A stretch of 32,000 nucleotides of DNA from Nitrosopumilus maritimus SCM1 (lineage in GTDB: Archaea; Thermoproteota; Nitrososphaeria; Nitrososphaerales; Nitrosopumilaceae), in NCBI RefSeq assembly GCF_000018465.1, contig NC_010085.1, positions 1,080,001-1,112,000 on the forward strand. The letters run 5' to 3'. The notes under the pieces were generated by a model that was not told the DNA's origin, ran no database searches, and saw nothing but the letters and a program-made list of their open reading frames with translations. A program made the position numbers and the translations under genes. Below are positions 9,858 to 19,300 of the stretch, piece by piece (position 1 is the stretch's first letter; each line of letters opens with the position of its first letter).

Positions 9858-10010
9858 TATGAATTGTAAGAGATGCCATCATACGGATGAAGCACATGTC
9901 CCAAATGAACAAAGCAATTCATTAATGAAAATGGGCAAATGCCAAATTCCAACATGCATGTGTCAACAATATTTAGACCCAATTCAAGAAATTGACGAAG
10001 AATTGTTGTA
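9858..10010 (+). CDS. Candidate 50-aa Cys/His-rich (zinc-binding?) micro-protein
   Basis: MNCKRCHHTDEAHVPNEQSNSLMKMGKCQIPTCMCQQYLDPIQEIDEELL. A CxxC is followed by CxxxxCxC. It fills an otherwise empty 217-nt gap. Not in the ORF track. Confidence 0.35.
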
Positions 10011-10043
10011 ACGATTCATATATCAAAATCATTTCAAATATCC

Positions 10044-10277
10044 ATGGACAAACACAAACCATCTGAAGAGATGATAAAGGATTTAGACAATTTATTGTCA
10101 AAAATTAATGCTATGGAAATTGTTGCATCAGATGACTTTCAAAAAAATTCAATCAAAATTATGAGATCTCTAGTGGAAGGACAAATCCATTCAATAAACG
10201 AATTTGGACATTTGAAAAAAGCAATTGATTTACTAACATTACAACTCTTTGATGTTCAAAACAAAGTCAAGAGTTAA
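10044..10277 (+). CDS. Hypothetical small helical protein
   Basis: 77-aa ORF with no recognisable motif. Confidence 0.45.
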   Translation: MDKHKPSEEMIKDLDNLLSKINAMEIVASDDFQKNSIKIMRSLVEGQIHSINEFGHLKKAIDLLTLQLFDVQNKVKS

Positions 10278-10794
10278 GTTTAGTGTCGCTGATGCCACAA
10301 CTACTACATCTGTAAAGTGTCGATTTTTCTAAAAACTGTTCTGCTTTCATTTCAGATCCGCAACAAGGACAAGAGAATTTTTCAGGTTCGGGGGATTTTC
10401 GAACAACATAATCGGGTTTTGGTTCAACAATCTCACCTACATTGCATGAAGGATTGTAACGTACTTTGATTTTGTTTAGTACACTTTCTCGATGTTCTTT
10501 ACTTGCATCAAACAAAGGCAATATTGCAAGATATAGTGACTTTTCAGAGCCTGATTTTTCAACCCAGCATTTGAAACCTGGATGTTGGACAAAAAATGAT
10601 TTATCGTCTGTTTTTTCACAGTCACCAGCATAAACAATGTTGAATCGGTCTTTATCCCTAGACATTATCAAAAACACTAGTTTTTCCATTGGTGGCCCCC
10701 ATTCATCAAGAGGAATAGGTCCTAGGAACTCATATTGTAGAATTTGAATGCTCAACAGAGGTATTTTGAAGAACTGACTTTTCTTCTTTTCCAA
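10267..10794 (-). CDS. Hypothetical protein with C-terminal zinc ribbon
   Basis: TTG start. CPCCGSEMK...CSSCG lies at the C-terminus. The N-terminal 120 aa end in ...RYNPSCN. Confidence 0.55.
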   Translation of the reverse strand: MEKKKSQFFKIPLLSIQILQYEFLGPIPLDEWGPPMEKLVFLIMSRDKDRFNIVYAGDCEKTDDKSFFVQHPGFKCWVEKSGSEKSLYLAILPLFDASKEHRESVLNKIKVRYNPSCNVGEIVEPKPDYVVRKSPEPEKFSCPCCGSEMKAEQFLEKSTLYRCSSCGISDTKLNS

Positions 10795-10875
10795 GAAAAT
10801 TGCCTAATGGTATGAAATTGATCGCAAAATGATAACTTGAAAAGATTAAATTCAAGAGTAATTGATTTTTTTTAA

Positions 10876-11124
10876 ATGAAAGATCCTCACAATCATGCAA
10901 AGGTAGGATATTCTATGATTGCAGTAGCTGCTTCACTAGCAGTGATTGGAATAATGGCTTTGTTTATGGCAGACGATGTGTTATACGCAGATAATTTACA
11001 AAGAGACAGCACATTCCACTTTAACGAATGTAAAGCAAATGACTTCAAGACTGAAGGTTGTGAGAAATACTGGGATAGAATTAACAACCAAATCTCAGGA
11101 ATTTATGTGGATTTGGATGAATAG
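10876..11124 (+). CDS. Hypothetical single-TM protein
   Basis: 82 aa with TM helix YSMIAVAASLAVIGIMALFMA. Confidence 0.5.
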   Translation: MKDPHNHAKVGYSMIAVAASLAVIGIMALFMADDVLYADNLQRDSTFHFNECKANDFKTEGCEKYWDRINNQISGIYVDLDE

Positions 11125-11127
11125 TAT

Positions 11128-11814
11128 CTAAAATCCGTTTGAATAGTCTTCTAACATGTTTTGATTCTTTGTTAAACGGTTCATTGCAAAGAATGCACCA
11201 CCAACAATACCTGCTTGATAAAATGTATACAAAAATACACCTGAAGAGGTAGGATCTGATTTTGTAAAGCTTAGTGCAAGCATTGTAAAAAATACAAATG
11301 TTCCAACAGAAGTCACAAATCGATTTAAGAATCCAGAATTCATCCCAACAATTCGTTTAGTAGCTGCTGCCATCAATGCAATACTTGTAATAATCAAAAA
11401 CGTTGCACCACCATTTGCAGTAATAAAGCTGTTAAGCCAAGGCAAAAGTCCATCTTCAAAGATGGAGACATCAGGCATGATACTACCTCCATTTATTGCA
11501 AAGTTTACAGAGCTAAACATTCCACCAATAACAAAGAAGAACAAGAAAATTTTCACAATTGAGCGTTTTAGAGGACTTCTAATTTCAGATGGTTTTACTG
11601 CTCTTTCAGTAATTCTTACACCATATAGAAAACCAACTGCCATAGCAGGAATGAACATAATATTGATTAGAATTGGAGATTGTTTGTTAATTTCATCAAT
11701 TTGGGGATGAAATATGAGGAATAAAATTACTGCAAGTGATGCAGATGCCCCAAATAAAATCAATCCTAAATACTTGTGATTATTTGATTCGTAAGTATCA
11801 GTCCAGTTATACAC
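11128..11814 (-). CDS. Hypothetical polytopic membrane protein
   Basis: 228 aa, GTG start, about 6 hydrophobic helices. Confidence 0.6.
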   Translation of the reverse strand: MYNWTDTYESNNHKYLGLILFGASASLAVILFLIFHPQIDEINKQSPILINIMFIPAMAVGFLYGVRITERAVKPSEIRSPLKRSIVKIFLFFFVIGGMFSSVNFAINGGSIMPDVSIFEDGLLPWLNSFITANGGATFLIITSIALMAAATKRIVGMNSGFLNRFVTSVGTFVFFTMLALSFTKSDPTSSGVFLYTFYQAGIVGGAFFAMNRLTKNQNMLEDYSNGF

Positions 11815-11917
11815 TCTACACAGTCATGCAAAAATCATTAAAGACCAAATCCAAAAATCATTTGGTCAAATTATCAATTCTCTTTACCCTTTTTAGGACA
11901 AGTAGACAAATCAGGAC

Positions 11918-12127
11918 ATGATGTTAGGCATAGCAATAGCAATTGTTGGTTCTATAATCACAATTCTAGGGACAATATTTCATTTTCAAGGCCAGTCAGT
12001 TATTGGACCAGAATCATCATTCATGTATTCTAATCCAGATTGGATAACATATGGGTCGCAAATTATGATTATAGGAATAATCATAACCATATCAGGAATA
12101 GTAATACATGCAGTAAAGCGAAATTAG
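11918..12127 (+). CDS. Hypothetical two-TM small membrane protein
   Basis: 69 aa with two hydrophobic helices. Confidence 0.5.
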   Translation: MMLGIAIAIVGSIITILGTIFHFQGQSVIGPESSFMYSNPDWITYGSQIMIIGIIITISGIVIHAVKRN

Positions 12128-12354
12128 TTCATTGCACGAAGTGTGATAGTACTTCGAATTTTTTTGAGTTTTCTTATTTTTGTTGTAATTACCTCGTTCA
12201 TTTGTGATTGATTATCAGTTTCAAATTCAGCAACTACATCATAACTACCAAAAGTTACCAAGCAATTTTTGACTTCAGGAATTTCCTTTAATTGAGAATA
12301 AAGTAATTGTTCTTCTCCCATTTCACAACTAATTAACATGTAGGATTTTTCCAT
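12124..12354 (-). CDS. Stand-alone Lrp/AsnC-type RAM domain protein (paralog of 2163..2396)
   Basis: 76 aa. CLVTFGSYDVVAEFETD aligns with AYLTFGAYDVIAEIETE of the other copy. Confidence 0.6.
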   Translation of the reverse strand: MEKSYMLISCEMGEEQLLYSQLKEIPEVKNCLVTFGSYDVVAEFETDNQSQMNEVITTKIRKLKKIRSTITLRAMN

Positions 12355-12420
12355 TTCTAAATTATTTCAAATAGACACTAACTTAAACACATCTAAGAAA
12401 ATATTTTTCAAAAGCAGATC

Positions 12421-13617
12421 TCAAAAACCAGCATAAATAGGATCAGATGGTTTCATAATCTCTCTCAACAAAATTGTTGCAAAAGATCCCCTTGACAAAG
12501 TAAATTCTACAACATCATCACGAGACGAGTAATCAGAACAATCTATTGCAGCTTGTCGAAATCCTCCCTCACTGCTTACTTCTTGCATCTCTTTGATAAA
12601 GAAGTCTTTGGGAGTTATTTCTTCTTGCTGCATTATTTGTGATATATGATAATCAAATCTTGTTTTTTTGTAATATGAATATCCAACAAAAGGTATAGCC
12701 AATTTTTGATCTAATCCCTTTACAAATTTTCCAATGATTCCATTAAAATCAAAACAAACATCACCAGATTCAGATTCAAACATATTTTCACCATCAGTAA
12801 ATGCAGTACTCAGAGATTTATTGAAAATAAACGACTGGTATGCCTGAATGTAAAATCTTCTCAAAGATACGGGAATTGCACGTATTGCACGAAATGCATC
12901 ATCATGTTCAATCATTTCTTTTAGGACAATTCTTTCAATATCCATTTGTTTTGGTATTTTCTCAAAATATTGATTGTAGTTTTGTTTATCAACAAGTTTT
13001 TGTCGAATTTCATTATTTTCTTTTGAATCATAATCAGAAGTAAAAGACAAAACAAGTTCAACTGCTTTATCAAAATCTCTTTGAAGTATTGCTTTACCTA
13101 TCAAATGAGTTACAGGCCTCTTTGAGCCAAATCTTTGATACCCATAGAAATTCAAGACATTGTTAAACTCTTCAAATGAAGATAGTTTATTGGTACAATC
13201 AGAGATTTTGATTTTAAAATGATTCCCAATCATATCTTTTTTTGAAAGAGGTTTTTTTACAAAGCCAATTTTTTTCAAAGAATATTTTTCAGTTGAATAA
13301 TCTTCAATTGATTTACCTTTATTTCCAGAACAAACAAACTGTTCAGTGATTGCAGATGCATCCTTTAATCCAAGAGACTTTAGTCTAAGACCTTTCTTTC
13401 TAAAAATATCAGATAGTGCATGATTTGTATCAATTCTTTTCTTTTTTAATTTGTAAACAGCATATCCTTCTTCTTGATTAATTGAATTCAGAGTTTTTTC
13501 TAAAATTTTTTCAGAGACTTCAAAGTCTTCAGGAGTAGTACGAATTTTTCCCCCAATTCCGTCAAATTTTGTACTATAAACAGAAATTCCTATTTTAGAA
13601 TCTAAATCAGGTATCAC
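12421..13617 (-). CDS. truD: tRNA pseudouridine synthase TruD/Pus7 family
   Basis: N-terminal GGKIRTTPEDFEVSE and FYGYQRFG motifs characteristic of TruD. Start overlaps the upstream gene by 4 nt. Confidence 0.8.
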   Translation of the reverse strand: MIPDLDSKIGISVYSTKFDGIGGKIRTTPEDFEVSEKILEKTLNSINQEEGYAVYKLKKKRIDTNHALSDIFRKKGLRLKSLGLKDASAITEQFVCSGNKGKSIEDYSTEKYSLKKIGFVKKPLSKKDMIGNHFKIKISDCTNKLSSFEEFNNVLNFYGYQRFGSKRPVTHLIGKAILQRDFDKAVELVLSFTSDYDSKENNEIRQKLVDKQNYNQYFEKIPKQMDIERIVLKEMIEHDDAFRAIRAIPVSLRRFYIQAYQSFIFNKSLSTAFTDGENMFESESGDVCFDFNGIIGKFVKGLDQKLAIPFVGYSYYKKTRFDYHISQIMQQEEITPKDFFIKEMQEVSSEGGFRQAAIDCSDYSSRDDVVEFTLSRGSFATILLREIMKPSDPIYAGF

Positions 13618-15215
13618 TCTACTGTCACTGTAACATATTTGCTAACCGCAATATCAGATAATTGTATTCCAATTAGAACATTATATTTTCCAGGAATTGC
13701 ATCACCAGATGCAGAAATATTCGTATGAATTGGTTGAGATGTACCAGAAACCAATTGGAAAGAATCAGGACTATCGTGTGAGAGTTCCACACTCAAAAAG
13801 TCATGAGAACTAGTTAGAATCAAAGAGCCGCCTAACGTGTTATTTGATTTTGGAGATACAATAAAGTTGAAATGTTTTGAATCGCCTGGACTTAGAGAAA
13901 TCATTTCTGATTCTAATTGGATTTCAACAGGTAGTGGAACAGAAGTATCAACTACACCGATGTTATTTTCAACCCATTGAGTAAACCAAATTTTTTCACC
14001 ATCTACAGCAAAGTCAAAGATTTGAGCTAATCCGCAGTCAGCTAACATTAAACCAGTTCCAGGATCACAATCCCCCCAATAAGGATTCTTTGAAGGGACG
14101 TGATATTCTACCAGAGAGTTTGATTTTGGATCAAATACAGATATGTTATTTGCATTTTGTTCATTGAAGATAATTCTTCCTTGTTCATCAGAATCAATCC
14201 AATATGGTCTAGAAATAGGAGATTTGATTACGCCGGTTTGGTTTCCATATGTGCTAAGTAATGGATCTGCTGTGACATATTGTACAAATTCTTCAGTAAT
14301 TGGATCAAAGCTAAAGAAAGATGAGGAAGTTGTATCGGCTAACCAAATTTTTCCATCATCAAATACAGCTCCATTTGGAGTCAATAATGTGACAGGCAAT
14401 TGATAAATTTCTGTAAACATTTCTCCTGCAAAGAATTCTTGTCCAGATTCTTGAACTTCATTTCTATAACCATCATAATCAAATTTTACTAAAACTCCGC
14501 CCTGTTGGAACAACCAATTTGTATACCACACATTACCATCTTCATCTAAAGTAAAATCAGCAGTTACAGAATTATCAACAGGAGAAGGTAGGCTGATGTA
14601 TTCAACATCTCCTGAGGATTGAGTAATATCAAAGAATGTTAGTTTGTTTCCAGTAAAATCATTAATGATTATACGAGAGCCATCAATCTGAAGTCTTTGA
14701 GGCAGCGAATCATCTGCAGAGGGATATCCAATTCGATCATATTTTTCATCAAATGTATTGAATTTCCAAATAGAATCAAATGTCTCATCAGTAAACCACA
14801 CAGAACCGTCAGGAGCATAATCAATTCCCCACATCATGGAACGTTGATTTTTTGGCCATGTAGGGTTTTCATATTCAGTAAATGATTCAGTGTTAGGATC
14901 AAATTTTGATAATTTTCCAGTATTAGTTTGTGCAAACCAAACATTTCCATCATAATCAGTAACAACTGCTAAAGGATTAGTACACTCAGTTGGAATAGAA
15001 TATTCTGTTACAAAATTAGTCGACTGGGCATCTCCAGAACCACAAAACCTAGGACGTTCTGCATCAGGAAAATTATCTGCAGGAGTTCCAGTTATTGTCA
15101 TTTCAGGACTTTCCTCATCAGGAGAAAGTCCAGGAATTGCAATTGTAACACCAGAAGTAACCATTATTCCACCTAAAAATACAAAAGCCAAAATTCCTTT
15201 GGTCCGTTTTTTCAC
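13614..15215 (-). CDS. Secreted or anchored beta-propeller repeat protein (streptogramin-lyase/COG4257-like repeats)
   Basis: GTG start and N-terminal hydrophobic segment. Repeated units have the form D..GNVWF(A/T)....K(L/I).KFD. The C-terminal ~100 aa look like an Ig-like domain. Confidence 0.7.
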   Translation of the reverse strand: MKKRTKGILAFVFLGGIMVTSGVTIAIPGLSPDEESPEMTITGTPADNFPDAERPRFCGSGDAQSTNFVTEYSIPTECTNPLAVVTDYDGNVWFAQTNTGKLSKFDPNTESFTEYENPTWPKNQRSMMWGIDYAPDGSVWFTDETFDSIWKFNTFDEKYDRIGYPSADDSLPQRLQIDGSRIIINDFTGNKLTFFDITQSSGDVEYISLPSPVDNSVTADFTLDEDGNVWYTNWLFQQGGVLVKFDYDGYRNEVQESGQEFFAGEMFTEIYQLPVTLLTPNGAVFDDGKIWLADTTSSSFFSFDPITEEFVQYVTADPLLSTYGNQTGVIKSPISRPYWIDSDEQGRIIFNEQNANNISVFDPKSNSLVEYHVPSKNPYWGDCDPGTGLMLADCGLAQIFDFAVDGEKIWFTQWVENNIGVVDTSVPLPVEIQLESEMISLSPGDSKHFNFIVSPKSNNTLGGSLILTSSHDFLSVELSHDSPDSFQLVSGTSQPIHTNISASGDAIPGKYNVLIGIQLSDIAVSKYVTVTVE

Positions 15216-15260
15216 AAATAAAAAAGCAAACTTTCCTTGTTATATCTTATTCCAAAATAT

Positions 15261-15635
15261 CTAAAGTAACTTCAAGTCACCAGTTACTCTATCAATCAGA
15301 TTTTCAGGAGCAGGACCAATTGAAATACAGGTTGTAGTTCCAGGAGCAATCTGAGTATGACCTGCATCAGTAACTTCAGACCAAGGTAGATTCAGATCAA
15401 TTGCATGTTTCTTTACTTCTTGCAAATCCTTTATTCCAGAAACTTTGACTACTACCTTTTCTTGTCCACCCCACCATTGGTCATACCATTCAGGATGAGA
15501 TTTTCTAACATGTTCTGCGCCAAGAACACAGGCATGTCCTACTTGTGCAGCAATTTTTCCTTTACCCATTTCAAGGTCAGTTCTAACAACAATAACCTGT
15601 TTGATATCTCCCATACTATTATCAAAAACAGGCAT
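15261..15635 (-). CDS. pth2: Archaeal-type peptidyl-tRNA hydrolase Pth2
   Basis: VIVVRTDLEMGKGKIAAQVGHA and ...TDAGHTQIAPGTTT... over 124 aa. Confidence 0.88.
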   Translation of the reverse strand: MPVFDNSMGDIKQVIVVRTDLEMGKGKIAAQVGHACVLGAEHVRKSHPEWYDQWWGGQEKVVVKVSGIKDLQEVKKHAIDLNLPWSEVTDAGHTQIAPGTTTCISIGPAPENLIDRVTGDLKLL

Positions 15636-16172
15636 AATGAAAAACTTTTGAATTAAAGTGTTGTACTTTACGAGCTTATTTATTTTAGCGATCTAGATCA
15701 AATTTAATGAAAACCAAAGATTAGTCAGAAAATATTGCCATCATCATGCCGGAATTTTGAACTTTATTAGACAAAATTAGTTTTTACAATTTTCACATAT
15801 AGCTTCAGAAGTATCTTCATCCAATTGCAAGGAAACTCCTGAAGAATAGTATTTAGAACATAAACCCTTCATGAATTAGATTTAGAAATATCAGATTTGC
15901 CATGCAGGTAAAAAGTTTACTCGATCAATGTAAATGATTTTTCAGTTTTGAAATTATTTGCGTTTTTCGAGATAAAAAATATGTTCAAGGAATTCTTTGA
16001 AGTAATCTGGGAATTGATCTCAGGAAATTGATTCCATTTTTCTCAATTTTTTTAATAAAAATTATGTTAGTAACAAATACAAAAATTAATTTCAGATGAA
16101 CAAAATTCTCAAAGGCCTGGAATTTTTTTAGTACACGAAAAATGTCACAAAATTTTTTCAAATGTGGGGGAT

Positions 16173-16241
16173 AAAAAAACTATGAATGCAGTTAGAATCT
16201 AATCACAACATGAATAACGGATAGACAAACAGTTCATTCAT
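16173..16241 (-). ncRNA. Candidate ~65-nt small RNA driven by orphan promoter module B
   Basis: Module B lies directly upstream. The 5' ATGAATG (16241-16235) pairs with CATTCAT (16188-16182). A T7 run on the minus strand (16179-16173) follows immediately. The only ORF is 12 codons. Confidence 0.22.
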
Positions 16242-16264
16242 AGTTAGTATTGATACCAAGGATT

Positions 16265-16297
16265 GTTATTTTGAAATAACTTTCAAGTTACGGCATG
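16265..16297 (-). promoter_or_regulatory. Promoter module B (orphan): CATGCCGTA-N17-AAATAAC
   Basis: 35 of the core nt match module A with 2 mismatches. It sits just beyond the S-layer terminator. No gene follows. Confidence 0.45.
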
Positions 16298-16339
16298 CTC
16301 GATAGAATAATTGTCCATAACTTTCGTTAAGTGTGATTC

Positions 16340-16355
16340 AAAAAAAAGAAAAAAA
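16340..16355 (-). terminator. Oligo-T terminator (T7-C-T8 on minus strand) after the S-layer gene
   Basis: The plus strand reads A8-G-A7, 22-37 nt downstream of the stop at 16377. Archaeal RNA polymerase terminates at oligo-T tracts. Confidence 0.55.
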
Positions 16356-16376
16356 GGATAGTGTGAACTAGTTTTT

Positions 16377-19300
16377 CTAACTTACGTTGACAGTTGTACT
16401 AACTGGTGGTGATAATGCCGTAGGATTATCAACAGACTCCCAGACGAATGCAGTAGCAGTGTATGTTCCTGCTTCAGTTGGAATCCATGATAAAGCTGGG
16501 CTGAATGATTGACCGCTAGATAGTGAACCTGTAATCCATGCTAGTGAGACGGTAACACCGTTTGCATCCTGAATCTGTACCAAGTATGCAAATGATTGCT
16601 CTCTATCCTGACCATTTGCTAAGTCAGCGCTGATTTGTACCTGTTGGTCAACGGAAACAGAATCTAAGCTGTTACCGAATGCGTCAACGGCTCTCAAGTT
16701 AGCAGCTGGTGCTCTCTCGAGAGGTGGTACTACAGTGCCAATTAGTGAAGTGGCAGTAATATCAAGTTCATCTGCAGTTGTGTATGGATCAGGTAGTGTA
16801 TTGTCCTCATATTCTGCAGTGACTGTGTCACCTTCTGAAACTCTGAGTCTGTGACCAGATGACTCATTATGAACTGTGAAGAACACAGTTCCCTCAAAGA
16901 TTCCGGTTGCCTCATTAGTCTCAGTTAAAGTTAGGTCAATACCTCCGGCATCGGAGTCAGACCACACGTCAACATTAAAGTTGTCGACTGCTTCTGGATC
17001 TAAGTTCATGTCTGGATCAATTACTCTTACAACACCTGTTCCGCTAGCTGGGTAGCTTGCCTCAAGCCATTGGACTTCACCGATGTTCCATCTGATAAGG
17101 GCAGAGCCTACAATTGTCTCATCTTCAGAGAATTCGAAGGAGATAGTAAGTCCGTCATCATCGTCAGTGGCCAAGAGACCATCTGTTGGACCAGTACCAG
17201 AAGTGGTACCTTTTGCATCGCCAGTAGTTCCATCACCATCAGCATCATGGGAAGTAAATCCTGTGAGGATTACTTCACCAGTAAAGATGCCGGTGTCAGT
17301 ACCAGTCTCGACGAGTTTATAGTTGTCAAGATCAAATCCTCTGGTAGAGACCTTAATTGGATCTCTGTCAGATTCGCCGATTTCATCAACTAGGAAACTG
17401 TCAAAGTTGTGATCTGGTGCGACGATAGTAATGTATACTTTGTCAGTCCAAGTGTATACTTTTTGGTCAAGTTCTACAGTTGCTCCGAAGTTTGAAGTGT
17501 AGATTGTCAAGTTGACATCTTCATCTTCATCTCCTACATAATCAGATCCGGATGGACCCCAGTCAGTGTACTCTAGGATGATTTCCTCACCTCTTTCTAA
17601 TCTGTCACCATCAAGTTCTTCAGGAATTTCGATGACAATCTGGAAGATACCAGTAGAGTCACCTGTTTCTCTAAAGTCAGTTGGTTCTGGGTCAAATGCA
17701 GCTGCTGCGCCGGTTACACCTTTGTTACCCATGGTAGTGGTGGCGGCATCAGAGTCCCATTCGATCAAGTCCAAGTCATAGGTCTCAGCACTGTCATTGT
17801 CCAGATCAAAGTCTGGCTCAATGAGTGTTAAGATCATGTCTGAACCGATAATGTATACGGATTTGTCAGATTGTAATACACCGTTTCTTAGGTCAAATGT
17901 TGCAGAATCAGTAACAGTATTTGCATCGCCGGATGCGTCAGCTGGATCAGTGTATTCTACTTGGAGAATATCTCCTTGTAAGATACAGTATTCTTGGCCA
18001 GATGGTGCACCGTCATCAAATCTGTTGGTATCAGCCTTACCAGTAGTACCGTCGGTAGCAGTATAGATGGTGTCATGACTGTTACATTTTGCTGATGCTG
18101 GACCGTCAGTGAATTTAATGTCTAGCTCTAACTCGAAAACACCAGCATCTGGTGCGATTTCAACCATTTCACCGAAACTTCTGATGTTTGAGATGGTTCC
18201 ATTGTTACCACCAACATCAATCTTTCCGGTTCTTTCAGAAGCGCCTGCATAGCCGAGAACTACACTATCAGAACCTCTGATAACAGAGATTTTGAGTGCA
18301 TCATCTTGGTCCATGGTATCTTCACCAGATGGGTTTTCGTCAAAGTCTGGATCGTTAATTCTGACGTGGATAGTTAGATCACCATTTGCCAATTCTTCAG
18401 TGGAATCAATAGTACTAGTGACTCCTGTTGCGTGAATTGGGAATACTGATCTTCCATTTGGAGATGCGTTTGCTGCTGCATTAGATTCTCCTACCGTACC
18501 AAATGGTACTGGATAGACAGTTCTGTCAAGACTAACTGAACCAGTGTGTGCTCTGATACCTGCGGAATCACTAACCTGAATGATTTCACCAGATGCATCT
18601 CTGAAGTCAACATAGTTAACTTCGATATCAAGACCGGTTATGGTTTCAGGAGTAGCATTGTCAGATCTACACCAATCAACTGGGATTTGGAAATCACCAA
18701 CAAAGACACCACTTGCTTTACCTGTTTCAACTAGAGTGAATCCAGTTGCACCAAGACCAGTATCACTACTTGCTTGGTTGTCATCACAGGTACCTTGGGC
18801 AGTCTTCCATACTACATCATTAAAGCTAACATCTAGTAATCTACCGAGTTCACCAAAGCTGAGATCCTGTGTAGTTGCTGAACCAACAACATCAAAGGTA
18901 TCTGCTCCAGTATCAGAGACAACAGTAAAGATGTCAATAAGATCAGAGTCTACGTTAAGATCCAAGTCTTCTACAGTTATTACTACAGTGTCAGCAATCT
19001 TGTAAGAATCAGCATCTAGAGATACAACACCAGAGTGGCTTGGAGCATCTTCTTGGTCAGATACAGGAGTTGTTACACCATCTGCACCCAAGTCATTATA
19101 GTTGACTCTTGGTGCATCCTCGTCAGTAAGATCCTCAATTACGATGAATGTTGGATCATCTGCGATTGGTGTGATACCAGCGAAGGTACCAGCATCCTGT
19201 ATGTTAATTTGGTTAACCATGACATACTCAAGTGAACCTTCAAAGATACTTGTGTTGTCACCTGTCTCTTCAGCTTCAATTCTGATTATTTGGTTTGCAA

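Noticed and set aside
15745-15775. CATGCCGGA followed by an A/T-rich stretch, a possible ninth promoter module. Likewise GATACCGCA at 21756-21764.
   Set aside because: The 9-mer deviates from the consensus, no CTAATA/AAATAA box sits at the 17-nt spacing, and no start codon lies at the expected distance.
15777-15872. 31-codon minus-strand ORF (MKGLCSKYYSSGVSLQLDEDTSEAICENCKN) in the large gap.
   Set aside because: It is too short, has no promoter-like element at the right distance and no recognisable motif. It is left as part of the unexplained gap.
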